Assembly (NCBI GenBank): GCA_947627925.1
Contig: CANQXW010000003.1
Span: 12-64,011, forward strand
DNA length: 64,000 nucleotides
Source of the DNA: an uncultured Bacilli bacterium
Lineage (GTDB): Bacteria > Bacillota_I > Bacilli_A > RF39 > UBA660
Direction: 5' to 3'
Both the position numbers and the translations under genes were made by a program. Positions 53,350 to 63,815 of this stretch are shown here, one piece after another. A model generated the notes under the pieces. The model worked only from the letters and a program-made list of their open reading frames with translations, was not told the origin of the DNA and did not search any database. Numbering within the stretch: position 1 is the first letter of the stretch; the number at the start of each line of letters is the position of its first letter.

Positions 53350-54705
53350 TTATAACTTAGCTTTAATTTCTTTCAACGTTTGCTCTAAAGTTGGATTATT
53401 TTTTAAATCATTTTTAATTTTTTCACAACTAGCGACCACTGTCGAATGATCTCTTCCGCCAAATTCAAGTCCAATCTTGGCTAGATTCTCTTCCGTTTCA
53501 ATTCGACATAGATACATTGCAATATGTCTTGGTCTAGCAATATTGTTACTTCTTCTCTTACTTTTTAAATCTTCTACTGTTATTTTAAAGAAGTCCGCGA
53601 CTACTTTTTGAATATGCGATATGGTATTTTCTTGATAAATATTGGTATTAACATAATCTTTTAAAGCTTCCACTGCAAAGTCTAAGTTAATAACTTCTGG
53701 GGCCATCATCGCCGTGTAAGCCAAAAGTCTATTTATTGTTCCTTCAATATGTCTAACATCATTGGGACAAGCATTAGCAATATATTCGATAACATCTTTG
53801 TTAATTTTATCTTTAATACTCGAATTTTGCAGTTTCTGTTTGATTATTTCACATCTTAATTCAAAATCTGGTGGATATATATCTACTGGAAGTCCCCAGG
53901 CAAAGCGACTTCGTAATCTTTCCTCTATCTTTTTTAAATCATCTGGACTTCGATCACTCGAAATAATAATTTGTTTATTAGCTTGGTGCAAGGCTTCAAA
54001 GGTGTGGAAAAATTCTTGTTGGGTAAGTTCTGCCCCGACTAAAAATTGGATATCATCAATTATTAACACATCAACATTGCGATATTTATTTTTAAAATTA
54101 TTAGCATATTTTAAAGTGTCTTTTCCCGGTTCCATCTTGGAAATTCCGACATATTCATCGCGAAAATCATTACTAGTAGTATATAACACTTTTTTATTAG
54201 AATTTTGAGTTATATAATTTCCTATCGCATGCATTAAATGGGTTTTTCCAATTCCACTTCTTCCATATATAAATAAAGGATTTCTTGTAGTTCCTGGAGC
54301 TTGGGCCACATTCATCGCCGAAATAAACGCTAAACGATTTGATTCACCGACAACATAATTTTCAAAGTTTAAATTAGGATTAAGATTAGTATTCCATTCA
54401 ACTGTCTGATATTCTTCTTCGATTGCTTCTTCTAAAGTTTTATTATCTTTTTCTAATATTTCATCTTCAGTTAATAAATTAAGTTCATAATTTTTTCCTG
54501 TTAAAGAATATAAGGTATCATCTATTAAATCTAAATATTGTAATTTCAATATTTGTTTATGAACAGCTAGAGGTACTTTAATGGTGATGGTTTTATCATC
54601 CATATTAATAAGTTCAAGACCTTTAAACCAAGTCGCATATGTTGTTGGACTAACTTGATCTTGAATCTCACTTAGAAATTTATTAAAAATTTCTTGTGTT
54701 TTCAT
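53350..54705 (-). CDS. dnaA: chromosomal replication initiator DnaA
   Basis: Walker A GRSGIGKTHL, box VII, and the C-terminal DNA-binding signature (ARPRHIAMYLCR...GGRDHSTV). Confidence 0.97.
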   Translation of the reverse strand: MKTQEIFNKFLSEIQDQVSPTTYATWFKGLELINMDDKTITIKVPLAVHKQILKLQYLDLIDDTLYSLTGKNYELNLLTEDEILEKDNKTLEEAIEEEYQTVEWNTNLNPNLNFENYVVGESNRLAFISAMNVAQAPGTTRNPLFIYGRSGIGKTHLMHAIGNYITQNSNKKVLYTTSNDFRDEYVGISKMEPGKDTLKYANNFKNKYRNVDVLIIDDIQFLVGAELTQQEFFHTFEALHQANKQIIISSDRSPDDLKKIEERLRSRFAWGLPVDIYPPDFELRCEIIKQKLQNSSIKDKINKDVIEYIANACPNDVRHIEGTINRLLAYTAMMAPEVINLDFAVEALKDYVNTNIYQENTISHIQKVVADFFKITVEDLKSKRRSNNIARPRHIAMYLCRIETEENLAKIGLEFGGRDHSTVVASCEKIKNDLKNNPTLEQTLKEIKAKL

Positions 54706-55100
54706 AATACCTCACCCCGCTCTTTTATGATACCTATCCCAAAATAATTTTAACATCAAACTAATTTTAAATACAAGAAAAAAATTAATTGTTGTTAATT
54801 ATCCACAAGTTTTCAACATAATTTTTGTAGATAAAATATATAATACATAAAGTTATCAACATTTTCAACAAATTTTTTTAAACATTTTAACATATTAACA
54901 AGAAAATCATTTAGCATAAATGTTAAAAGTGTTGAAAAGTCAAAAATATGCGGAATATATCGAAAAAAATAAAGAATATTTTAAACAAACTATCCCCAAA
55001 ACTAATGTTAATAACTTAAAAGTTATCAACATCATAAAAATAATTGTTGAAAACTATAATTAACTAACTACTTAAAATGAGTCTTAAATAAGATATTTTC
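54706..55100. other. oriC (dnaA-rpmH intergenic DnaA-box cluster and AT-rich unwinding region)
   Basis: Perfect TTATCCACA at 54799-54807. TTATCAACA at 54853-61 and 55023-31. TGTAGATAA at 54836-44. TTTTCAACA/TGTTGAAAA at 54811-19, 54862-70, 54930-38 and 55045-53. The gene-strand switch falls here. A further TGTTGAAAA lies in the dnaA-dnaN spacer at 53288-96. Confidence 0.85.
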
Positions 55101-55130
55101 TTGACATATTGCCAAGATTAATATTATAAT
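55101..55130 (+). promoter_or_regulatory. sigma-A-type promoter of rpmH-rnpA operon
   Basis: TTGACA (55101-06), 18 nt, TATAAT (55125-30). Confidence 0.6.
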
Positions 55131-55163
55131 AAGGACGCTTACAGAGAAAGAGGTGGAACAATC

Positions 55164-55292
55164 ATGGCAACTAAAAGAACATTTCAACCAAATAATCGTA
55201 AAAAAGCTAAAAAGCATGGTTTCTTTGCTCGTAAAGGAACAAAGATTATTAATAATCGTCGGAGAAAAGGTCGTAAGGAATTAACAAAATAG
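55164..55292 (+). CDS. rpmH: 50S ribosomal protein L34
   Basis: 42 aa, [52 protein letters not shown]. It is below the ORF-track cutoff. Confidence 0.9.
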   Translation: MATKRTFQPNNRKKAKKHGFFARKGTKIINNRRRKGRKELTK

Positions 55293-55315
55293 TTTCTTAC
55301 GTGTTTTTTTAATTT

Positions 55316-55648
55316 ATGAAAAAAAGAGATATTGTAAGGTCTAATATATTATTTAATGATATAATTAATAAAGGTAAAAGAATATGTAATAAATATTTCC
55401 TTATTTGCTATTTAAAAAAAGACTTTATTAAAAATAATTATGGTATAGCTGTTGGTAAGAAAATTGGTAATGCTGTTACAAGAAATAAGTTAAAACGACA
55501 AGTGCGAAATATTATTATAAAAAACATTCAACTATTTCCAAATTATCACAATTATATTATAATATGTAAGAAAGAAGTATTAGAATTATCTTATTTAAAG
55601 ATGGAAGAAGTACTTGTTAGTTTAATAAATAAAGGAGAAATAAAATGA
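55316..55648 (+). CDS. rnpA: ribonuclease P protein component
   Basis: 110 aa and basic. GKKIGNAVTRNKLKRQVRN is the RNR motif region. It follows rpmH. Confidence 0.85.
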   Translation: MKKRDIVRSNILFNDIINKGKRICNKYFLICYLKKDFIKNNYGIAVGKKIGNAVTRNKLKRQVRNIIIKNIQLFPNYHNYIIICKKEVLELSYLKMEEVLVSLINKGEIK

Positions 55649-56697
55649 AGAACAAATTATTAGGAGTAATATTAGTATTTATTATTTTACTTACAAGTGG
55701 TTGTGGAGCTAATGATTATTTAAAAGATGATAAAAAATTAGTTCAATATGAAGTTACTGGTCAAAATTTACCAAATAACATATTATGTCAACCAGAAGAT
55801 AAAGAATTATATGAAATATATGCAAAGTATAATGATGAATTAAAGATTTCTTTAGAAAAATTGCCAAAGTGTAGTGAATTTAAAATAAATTCCAATAAAG
55901 CTTCCGGAATTTGGGAATTACTTTTTGTTAAACCCCTTGCTTATTTAATTTTAAAACTTGGTGGTTTAGTGAAAAATATGGGTATATCATTAATTATAGT
56001 TGGACTTTTAATAAGACTTATCTTGTTACCATTCTCATATAAAACTCATAAGCAAAGTAAAAATATGCAAAAAGTGAATCAAGAAATGCAAAAGCTTGAA
56101 TTTAAATATCGTGGCAGAGAAGATCGTGACTCTATGATGATGAAGAGTCAAGAAATGATGGAGATATATAAGAAATATAATGTGAAGCCAATGTCTGGTT
56201 GCTTAATTGCTTTCTTACAACTTCCTTTATTCTTTGCTTTCTTACAAGCAATAAATAGAGTACCAGCGATATTTGAAGATAAATTGTTAGGTTTTAATTT
56301 AGGAATGACTCCTTATGTTGGCCTTTCTGAAGGTAATTACTTATACATTTTATTAATTATCTTAATTGCGGCTTCAACTTATTTCTCATTTAAATATTCA
56401 ATGCGATCAACAGGAGCGATGAATCAAACTCCGGAAATGGAAAGTCAAATGAAGATGATGACTAACATTATGGTTGTAATAATTGTTATCACATCATTTT
56501 CTCTATCAACTGCGCTTGCATTATACTGGATTGTCACTTATGCTTTTATAGCAATTCAAACTTTTATATTTCGAAAATTAACAGGAGATAAAAAAGATAA
56601 TAACAAAGATAAAAAGGATAAAAATAATAAAGAAAATAAAAAGAAAATAAAAGAAAAGTTGGAAGTTAAAAGAGGTCTTAAATATGGAAATAATTAG
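55645..56697 (+). CDS. yidC: membrane protein insertase YidC/SpoIIIJ (lipoprotein)
   Basis: Lipobox LTSGCG, 60-kDa IMP core (KMQKLEFKYR...GCLIAFLQLPLFFAF) and a Lys-rich tail. Confidence 0.85.
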   Translation: MKNKLLGVILVFIILLTSGCGANDYLKDDKKLVQYEVTGQNLPNNILCQPEDKELYEIYAKYNDELKISLEKLPKCSEFKINSNKASGIWELLFVKPLAYLILKLGGLVKNMGISLIIVGLLIRLILLPFSYKTHKQSKNMQKVNQEMQKLEFKYRGREDRDSMMMKSQEMMEIYKKYNVKPMSGCLIAFLQLPLFFAFLQAINRVPAIFEDKLLGFNLGMTPYVGLSEGNYLYILLIILIAASTYFSFKYSMRSTGAMNQTPEMESQMKMMTNIMVVIIVITSFSLSTALALYWIVTYAFIAIQTFIFRKLTGDKKDNNKDKKDKNNKENKKKIKEKLEVKRGLKYGNN

Positions 56698-57292
56698 TAA
56701 AGAAGGAAAAGAATTAGAAACTATTCTAACAGGTATTTGTGAAGAATATAATGTAAGCAATGATGATTTTTATTATCATTATACCGAAAATAAAACGGGC
56801 TTATTTGGTAAAAATAGTGTTATCAATGTTACAGCTATTCTAAAAACTGATTTATTAGAATATATTAAAGAATACTTAGAAGAGTTGTTAACTAATATGG
56901 GACTAACGGTTAATTTTGAAACTAAATTAAGAGAAGATGTTATGTATGTTAAAATATATTCTAGTAATAATCCTGTTTTAATAGGAAAAGGTGGCAATAC
57001 TTTAAAGGCTTTAGAAAATATTGTCCGTCAAAAAGTAAATACCGAATTTAATGTTAGACCATATGTATCTTTAGATGTAGAAAACTACCGGGAAAAACAA
57101 CAAAGAAGAATTGAAAGACTAGCTAAAAATATCGCTAGAGAAGTAGTTAAAACGAATATGGAAGTTCATCTAGATAATATGAATGCTTATGATAGAAGAA
57201 TAGTTCATAACATTTTAACTAATTTTAAAGGTGTAACAACTGAAAGTACTGGCGAAGAACCTAATCGTCATGTCGTTATTAAACCAGAATAA
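56684..57292 (+). CDS. khpB: RNA-binding protein Jag/KhpB (KH + R3H)
   Basis: KH-like GKGGNTLKALENIVRQ and R3H MNAYDRRIVHNIL. It follows yidC. Confidence 0.85.
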   Translation: MEIISKEGKELETILTGICEEYNVSNDDFYYHYTENKTGLFGKNSVINVTAILKTDLLEYIKEYLEELLTNMGLTVNFETKLREDVMYVKIYSSNNPVLIGKGGNTLKALENIVRQKVNTEFNVRPYVSLDVENYREKQQRRIERLAKNIAREVVKTNMEVHLDNMNAYDRRIVHNILTNFKGVTTESTGEEPNRHVVIKPE

Positions 57293-57333
57293 AACCACTA
57301 TTGCTAGTGGCTTTTTTTATGGCTTAATATTAG

Positions 57334-57774
57334 TTATAATTCTTTCTTTCCAACATATTGGGCACTACCTAGTCCTAAAATAAGTAAGAAAATAGTATTG
57401 AAGAACAATAGGCCTAAAGTATAACCAAGTCCTTTGCCAAAAGATTTAGCCAGACTATGATTTTGATAAATAACAATTATCATTGTTCCGATTAGAGCAA
57501 TAGCGATAACAATTTCATTTTCAATTGCTGATAAGATAGATAGTCCAAATGCTAAAACTAAGAACCAAGGTGAAATACCAGAAACTTTATAATATACAAA
57601 CATATTGTAAATAGGAATTAATGATTTCCAACCTTTTTCTCCAGCTTTGGTAAATAATTTCCACATAGCAACGATTTGTAAAATTGCTATTACTAAAGTT
57701 ATAGTAACTACAACTCCTAAGTAAGCACCTACTAAAGTATAAAGTTCGTCTAGATTTGTTGGTAAATTATCCAT
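57334..57774 (-). CDS. DUF5684-like integral membrane protein
   Basis: 146 aa. The motif MWKLFTKAGEKGWKSLIPIYNMF is typical of that family. It is the only minus-strand gene on the right arm. Confidence 0.5.
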   Translation of the reverse strand: MDNLPTNLDELYTLVGAYLGVVVTITLVIAILQIVAMWKLFTKAGEKGWKSLIPIYNMFVYYKVSGISPWFLVLAFGLSILSAIENEIVIAIALIGTMIIVIYQNHSLAKSFGKGLGYTLGLLFFNTIFLLILGLGSAQYVGKKEL

Positions 57775-57889
57775 AAATTTCTCCTTTCATTTCTTGGTAT
57801 AATTATATAAATTATCTAAGGTATTTGTCAATTTTTAATGAAAAATGCCTTATTTTGTGCTAATATAACTATCGAAAGGAAAAGTTTCT

Positions 57890-59230
57890 ATGGAAGATAC
57901 TATATGTGCTATTGCGACTGCTCCTGGTATTGGAGCTATTTCGATAATTAGAGTAAGTGGGAAAGATGCATTAAATATTGTTTCGAAAATATTCTCTAAA
58001 GATTTAAAAAAAGTCCAATCTCATACTCTTTTATATGGTTACATTTATGATCAAGACGAGGTAGTAGATGAAGTGTTGGTAAGTGTTATGTTAGCACCTA
58101 AAACATATACTACGGAAGATATTGTCGAAATAAATAGCCATGGGGGTATCAATACCACTAATAAAATATTAGAACTTCTTCTAGAAAATGGTTGTCGTTT
58201 AGCAGAAGCTGGTGAATTTACCAAAAGAGCATTTCTTAATGGTCGGATTGATTTAACGGAAGCGGAATCAGTTAATGATTTAATCAATGCTAAAACGGAC
58301 GAGGCAAGAAAACTAGCTCTTAATAATTTAAAAGGTAGAGTTTCTAAAGATATAAGAAATTTACGGGGAAAAATTACTGATATAATGGCTAATATTGAAG
58401 TAAATATTGATTATCCCGAATATGAAGATATTGAAGTCGTAACTAATGAAACTTTACTTCCCAAATTAGAAGAAGTTTTAAAAGATTTACAAGAAATGTT
58501 AAAAAATTCTTATAATGGTAGATTAATTAAAGAAGGAATAAATATTGCTATTGTTGGAAGTCCAAATGTAGGAAAAAGTAGTATTTTAAATCGCTTATTA
58601 GATGAAGATAAAGCTATCGTTACCGATATTGCGGGAACAACTAGGGATATTGTTGAAGGTAGTGTTAATTTTAATGGCTTTTTACTTAATTTTATTGATA
58701 CAGCGGGTATTAGAGATACTGATGATGTGGTAGAAAAAATAGGTGTGGAGAAGAGTAAGAAAGCTATAGATAAAGCGGATATCGTAATTATTGTGTTAAA
58801 TAATAATCAAGAATTATCTGCTTATGAAAAAGAATTAATTGATTTAGTGCCTTTCAAAAAGAGAATAATTTTTGTTAATAAGTCTGATTTAAATAATGTG
58901 TTAACTTTAGATAAAGAATATATAATAGGAAATACCATCGAAGCAAAGGGTCTTGATTTATTAAAAGAAGAGATCAGTAAGAAATTAAATTTAGGTAATA
59001 TTTTAGAGCAAGATATGACTTATATGTCTAATGTTCGCCAAATAGATTTATTAAAAAAAGCAATTAAAGAAATTGAAAATGCTATTTTAAATATTCATAA
59101 AGGTACCCCAATAGATATTGTGGAAATTGATATTACTAATGCTTGGAATCTTTTAGGCGAAATTACAGGAGATACTTATAAAGATGAACTATTAGATACT
59201 TTATTTAGTAATTTCTGTATAGGAAAGTAG
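57890..59230 (+). CDS. mnmE: tRNA modification GTPase MnmE
   Basis: DTICAIATAPG, G1 GSPNVGKSS, DTAGIR, and the C-terminal CIGK motif. Confidence 0.95.
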   Translation: MEDTICAIATAPGIGAISIIRVSGKDALNIVSKIFSKDLKKVQSHTLLYGYIYDQDEVVDEVLVSVMLAPKTYTTEDIVEINSHGGINTTNKILELLLENGCRLAEAGEFTKRAFLNGRIDLTEAESVNDLINAKTDEARKLALNNLKGRVSKDIRNLRGKITDIMANIEVNIDYPEYEDIEVVTNETLLPKLEEVLKDLQEMLKNSYNGRLIKEGINIAIVGSPNVGKSSILNRLLDEDKAIVTDIAGTTRDIVEGSVNFNGFLLNFIDTAGIRDTDDVVEKIGVEKSKKAIDKADIVIIVLNNNQELSAYEKELIDLVPFKKRIIFVNKSDLNNVLTLDKEYIIGNTIEAKGLDLLKEEISKKLNLGNILEQDMTYMSNVRQIDLLKKAIKEIENAILNIHKGTPIDIVEIDITNAWNLLGEITGDTYKDELLDTLFSNFCIGK

Positions 59231-59238
59231 TTGATTAT

Positions 59239-61098
59239 ATGTATGATGTTATAGTAGTTGGAGGCGGTCATGCCGGTTGTGAAGCATCTAATAGTGCGGC
59301 AAAAATGGGGATGAAAACCCTTCTTTTAACGATGAATAAAAAAAATATTGCCGATATGCCTTGTAATCCTTCGATTGGGGGAACTGCTAAAGGAGTAATT
59401 GTAAGAGAGATAGATGCTCTTGGAGGCTTAATGGGTCTGGTTGCTGATATGAGTCATTTTCAAATTAAGATGCTTAATAATTCTAAAGGTCCGGCTGTAA
59501 GAAGTTTAAGAGCCCAAGCTGATAAAAGAGTTTATCCTAAAAAAATGTTAGAAGAATTAGAGAAAAATCCTAATTTAGAAATTAAAGAAGGCTTAGTTGA
59601 AAATTTAATTGTGGAAGATAATATTGTTAAGGGAGTAATTCTTAGTGATAATACTATAGTCAAAAGTAAAAGTGTAATTTTAACTACCGGAACTTATACA
59701 AAAGCCAATATTTTAATTGGTTCTGAAAACACCCCAGGAGGACCTCATGGTGAAGGAAGAAGCAATTATTTAAGCGATAATTTAAAGAAACTAGGTTTAA
59801 ATATTAAAAGACTTAAAACTGGTACTCCTCAAAGAATCAAAAAAGATTCGATTGATTTTACTCAAATGCATGAAGAAAAAGGTGATGATGTTTATTGGAC
59901 TTTTAGTCATGATTTAAAGCCTCAATATAAAATTAATGATCAACAAAAATGTTATTTAGTTTATACTAATGAAAAAACTCATGAAATAATTCGGAAACAT
60001 TTAAAAGAATCAGCAATGTATGGGGGTTATGCCACGGGAGTAGGCCCTAGATATTGTCCTTCAATTGAAGATAAAATTGTCCGCTTTGCCGATAAAGAAA
60101 GGCATCAATTATTTTTAGAACCCGAAAGTATATATTATGATGAATGGTATTTACAAGGTTTTTCTACGAGTATGCCAAGGGATGTTCAAGAAGAAATGGT
60201 TCATAGTTTAAAAGGTTTAGAAAATGCTATCATAACGAAATATGCGTATGCCATTGAATATGATGCCATTGATTCCTTACAAATAAAGGCTAGTTTAGAA
60301 AATAAACTAATTGAAAATTTATTTACGGCAGGCCAAATAAATGGTACTAGTGGCTATGAAGAAGCTGCTGGTCAAGGATTAATCGCGGGAATTAATGCGG
60401 CCTTAAAATTGCAAGGTAAAGAGCCCTTGATTTTAAAAAGAAATGAAGCTTATATTGGGGTTTTAATCGATGATTTAGTAACTAAAGGAGTAACTGATCC
60501 CTATAGAATGCTTACTTCTAGAGCGGAATTTAGACTTATCTTAAGACACGATAATGCCGATTTAAGATTAAGAGCCATTGGTTACGAATTAGGAACCATA
60601 TCTAAAGAACAATATCAAAGACTTAATAAAAAAATTAATGATATTGCAAGTTTAATGCAAGAATTAAAGGAAAATAAATTAACTATTACAAAAGAAGTAA
60701 AAGATATTTTTGAATCTTATAATTTTGAAGTTCCTAAAAGAAGTATGACATATGAAGAACTATTAAAAAGACCGGAAATAACTTTTAAATTTTTAAGTCA
60801 ATTTCATGAATTTAATTATAGTGAAGAAGTAATAGAACAAGCTGAAATTGCGATTAAATATGAAGGATATATTAAAAAAGCGACAAAAGAAGCAGAAAAA
60901 TTACAAAAGATTGAAGCTAAACAAATACCGGAAGATATCGATTATCAAAAAGTTAGAAATTTAGCTAGTGAAGCAAGACAAAAATTATCCGAAGTAAGGC
61001 CAAGAACGATTGCCCAAGCATCTAGAATTAGTGGGGTTAATCCTTCAGATATAGCCATACTTGCTGTTTATTTAAAGAAAGAATATAACCATGAGTAA
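59239..61098 (+). CDS. mnmG: tRNA uridine 5-carboxymethylaminomethyl modification enzyme MnmG
   Basis: FAD motif VIVVGGGHAGCEA, GPRYCPSIEDK, GQINGTSGYEEAA. Confidence 0.95.
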   Translation: MYDVIVVGGGHAGCEASNSAAKMGMKTLLLTMNKKNIADMPCNPSIGGTAKGVIVREIDALGGLMGLVADMSHFQIKMLNNSKGPAVRSLRAQADKRVYPKKMLEELEKNPNLEIKEGLVENLIVEDNIVKGVILSDNTIVKSKSVILTTGTYTKANILIGSENTPGGPHGEGRSNYLSDNLKKLGLNIKRLKTGTPQRIKKDSIDFTQMHEEKGDDVYWTFSHDLKPQYKINDQQKCYLVYTNEKTHEIIRKHLKESAMYGGYATGVGPRYCPSIEDKIVRFADKERHQLFLEPESIYYDEWYLQGFSTSMPRDVQEEMVHSLKGLENAIITKYAYAIEYDAIDSLQIKASLENKLIENLFTAGQINGTSGYEEAAGQGLIAGINAALKLQGKEPLILKRNEAYIGVLIDDLVTKGVTDPYRMLTSRAEFRLILRHDNADLRLRAIGYELGTISKEQYQRLNKKINDIASLMQELKENKLTITKEVKDIFESYNFEVPKRSMTYEELLKRPEITFKFLSQFHEFNYSEEVIEQAEIAIKYEGYIKKATKEAEKLQKIEAKQIPEDIDYQKVRNLASEARQKLSEVRPRTIAQASRISGVNPSDIAILAVYLKKEYNHE

Positions 61099-61804
61099 AG
61101 AAGAATTTATTGAAGAATTAAAAAAATTAAATATTAATATAACTGATAAAATGTTAGAAGAATTAGATATTTATAAAAACTTTTTACAAGAATATAATAA
61201 ACATACTAATTTAACAGCTATAACTGATGATGAAGATATTTATTTAAAACATTTTTATGATTCCCTAACTATTGTTAAAGCCATTGATTTAAATAAAATG
61301 GATAATTTGTTAGATGTTGGAAGTGGAGCGGGATTTCCAGGAATGGTTTTAAAAATAATATTTCCCCATTTAAAAGTTACTTTATTAGATTCTAATAATA
61401 AAAAGACTAAATTTTTAACTGAATTAAAATCTAAATTAAACCTTGATGTTGATGTTGTAAATGAAAGAGTAGAAGATTATGCTAAAAATAATTTAAATAA
61501 ATTTTCTTTAGTAACATCTAGAGCAGTAGCAAACTTACGAGTTTTAGCCGAAATATCTTTGCCTCTTGTGAAAAAAGATGGTTATTTTATTCCTTTGAAG
61601 GGCAATATAGATCCTGAATTAGATGAAGCTAAAAGTACTATTTCTTTAATGATTTCAAAAATAGAAGATATAGTAAGTTTTAATCTTTATAAAGATGAAG
61701 GCATAAGAAATATTATAAGAATTAAAAAAGAAGCTGAAACAAAATTAGAAATGCTTCGCCCATATAATAAAATATTAAGAAAACCTCTTGCGAAAAAGAG
61801 TTAA
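61091..61804 (+). CDS. rsmG: 16S rRNA (guanine527-N7)-methyltransferase
   Basis: HFYDSL and LLDVGSGAGFPG motifs. It follows mnmG. Confidence 0.9.
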   Translation: MSKEEFIEELKKLNINITDKMLEELDIYKNFLQEYNKHTNLTAITDDEDIYLKHFYDSLTIVKAIDLNKMDNLLDVGSGAGFPGMVLKIIFPHLKVTLLDSNNKKTKFLTELKSKLNLDVDVVNERVEDYAKNNLNKFSLVTSRAVANLRVLAEISLPLVKKDGYFIPLKGNIDPELDEAKSTISLMISKIEDIVSFNLYKDEGIRNIIRIKKEAETKLEMLRPYNKILRKPLAKKS

Positions 61805-61846
61805 ATACGTTAGAATAAATTAGTAGAGGTAAAGGGGTAGATTTGT

Positions 61847-62920
61847 GTGAATACAGAATCACAAGTTTTAAATGTGCCTATAGAAGATATTATTCCCAAT
61901 CGGTTTCAACCCCGATTGAATTTTGATGAACAATCTTTAAATGAACTAGCGGCATCAATCAAAGAACATGGGATTATTCAACCCCTAGTTTTAAGACGCC
62001 TTAATGATAAATATGAAATAATTGCCGGTGAAAGAAGATATAAAGCAGCGAAGATTGCGGGACTTACTTCTGTTCCAGCGGTTATTGCCCAAATGGATGA
62101 TAATACAAGTGCTGAAGTAGCTATCGTCGAAAATGTGCAAAGAAGAGATTTATCTTCAATTGAAGAAGCAAAATCTTATAAAGCTCTTTTGGATAAAGGT
62201 TATTTAACTCAAGAAGATTTAGCCAAAAAAATGGGTTTAAGTCAATCAGCTATTTCTAATAAATTACGTCTTTTAACGCTTCCAGAAGAAGTTCAAAATG
62301 CGATTATGGAAGGTAAAATATCAGAAAGACATGCGAGAAGCCTACTTCAATTAGATAATGCTGAGTCACAAAAAGAATGGCTTAATAAAATAATTGATGA
62401 AAGAATAACGGTTCGCGATTTAGATAATCGTATAAAAAATTTAAATAAAAAAGTGGAAACTCCTGTTGATGATATTCCAATTATTGACAGCACGCCAAAT
62501 ATTGCAGCGATTAAAGAAAATGCTACGGATATTTTATCAACTAATAATCCTAATACTAATATTGAAACATCTAGTGAAAATAGTTCACAAGAAAAAATAC
62601 CAAATAAGTTTTTTAACTTTTTGGAAGATGAATCTGTAAATATGAGTGTAGGAGATGTTAGCGGGTCAATCGAAAGTGCTTCTAAACTAGAAGAACCGGA
62701 AGAAATAGAAATGTTAGACTTTCTAGCTCCGAATGAACCAACTGTAAATCCAACGATTGAAAAAAATGAAGAGCCAATGGAATTAGAAAAAAGCAATGAT
62801 GAAGTTAATTATGCTGATAAATTAGAAGAAGATTTAAAAAATCATAATAATAAGGTTAATATATCTAGAGAAGAAGATGAAAAAGAAATTAGATATACTG
62901 TTACAATAGATAAAGAATAG
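61847..62920 (+). CDS. noc: ParB-family nucleoid occlusion protein Noc (with expanded low-complexity linker)
   Basis: ParB box IIAGERRYKAA. The HTH region GLSQSAISNKLRLLTLPEEVQNAIMEGKISERHARSLL resembles B. subtilis Noc (STIANKLRLL...ITERHARAL) rather than Spo0J (PHIANHLRLL...SAGHGRTLL). The C-terminus EIRYTVTIDKE matches the Noc tail. Its position directly after rsmG also fits. Confidence 0.75.
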   Translation: MNTESQVLNVPIEDIIPNRFQPRLNFDEQSLNELAASIKEHGIIQPLVLRRLNDKYEIIAGERRYKAAKIAGLTSVPAVIAQMDDNTSAEVAIVENVQRRDLSSIEEAKSYKALLDKGYLTQEDLAKKMGLSQSAISNKLRLLTLPEEVQNAIMEGKISERHARSLLQLDNAESQKEWLNKIIDERITVRDLDNRIKNLNKKVETPVDDIPIIDSTPNIAAIKENATDILSTNNPNTNIETSSENSSQEKIPNKFFNFLEDESVNMSVGDVSGSIESASKLEEPEEIEMLDFLAPNEPTVNPTIEKNEEPMELEKSNDEVNYADKLEEDLKNHNNKVNISREEDEKEIRYTVTIDKE

Positions 62921-62928
62921 ATAAGAAG

Positions 62929-62972
62929 AATGTTAGAAAATAAGTAATAATTTTTAACATTTTTTTATTGGT
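62929..62972 (+). terminator. rho-independent terminator after noc
   Basis: aatgttagaaaa...tttttaacatt hairpin followed by TTTTTT. Confidence 0.5.
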
Positions 62973-63032
62973 AATTAATTTTGAGCCTTTGAATGCTAAC
63001 ATAAAATTGAAATTAGAACATAAAATTTACTG

Positions 63033-63815
63033 GTGATATATTTGGAAATTAATAAAGGGGACTTTGTGACACGTAAAAGTTATAATCATGATACGATTTT
63101 TAAAGTTGTCAATATAAAAGACGGAATATATTATTTAAAGGGTGCTGAAGTAAGACTTTATGCTGATAGTACTTTAGCTGATTTAGTAAAATGTGAAAAG
63201 CCTAAAGAAGAAGACTATACTAAAGATGTTAGAGGTCAAAAAGAATTGACTAAAGATGATTTTTTCTACTTACCGGGGAAAATTTTACATATTGATGGCG
63301 ATAGTGAATATTTAGAAAAGTGTTTAAAATATTATAAATATGCTGGGGTTTATGCCATTGGTAAGAAAATTAAAGAAGAAGACATGTATGAACAAGTTGA
63401 ACTTTTATTAAAAGAATATAAACCAGATATTTTAATAATTACCGGTCATGACGCTTACTTTAAGAAAAAGGGAAGTATCAAAGATAATGAAAATTATAAG
63501 AATACGAAAAACTTTATTAAAGCAGTAAAAGCCGCTCGCAATTATGAAAAAAGCCATGAAAAATTAGTTATTATTGCGGGAGCTTGTCAAAGCAATTATG
63601 AAGAGTTAATTGTAGCCGGGGCTAATTATGCTTCTAGTCCTAAAAGAGTCAATATTCATGCTTTAGATCCCGCGATTATTGCGGTAACTATTGCTTTAAC
63701 TGAAAGAAATAAAGAAGTTAATTTAAAAGAAACTTTAGAAAAAACTAAATATGGCAAAGATGGTATGGGTGGCATCATGGGTAATGGTCTTATGTATGTG
63801 GGGTATCCAAGATAA
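63033..63815 (+). CDS. yabG: sporulation-specific protease YabG
   Basis: Collinear with B. subtilis YabG: GDFVTRKSY, LPGKILHIDGDSEYLEKCL, PDILIITGHDAY, IIAGACQS, AGANYASSPKRVNIHALDP. The start is ambiguous (GTG 63033 or TTG 63042). Confidence 0.9.
   Translation: MIYLEINKGDFVTRKSYNHDTIFKVVNIKDGIYYLKGAEVRLYADSTLADLVKCEKPKEEDYTKDVRGQKELTKDDFFYLPGKILHIDGDSEYLEKCLKYYKYAGVYAIGKKIKEEDMYEQVELLLKEYKPDILIITGHDAYFKKKGSIKDNENYKNTKNFIKAVKAARNYEKSHEKLVIIAGACQSNYEELIVAGANYASSPKRVNIHALDPAIIAVTIALTERNKEVNLKETLEKTKYGKDGMGGIMGNGLMYVGYPR

Noticed and set aside
53762-54208. 148-aa plus-strand ORF inside dnaA, and similar antisense ORFs inside secA, prfA, gyrA, gyrB, dnaN, dnaX, mfd, noc
   Set aside because: They are antisense to strongly supported conserved genes, with no SD or promoter and no recognisable motifs.
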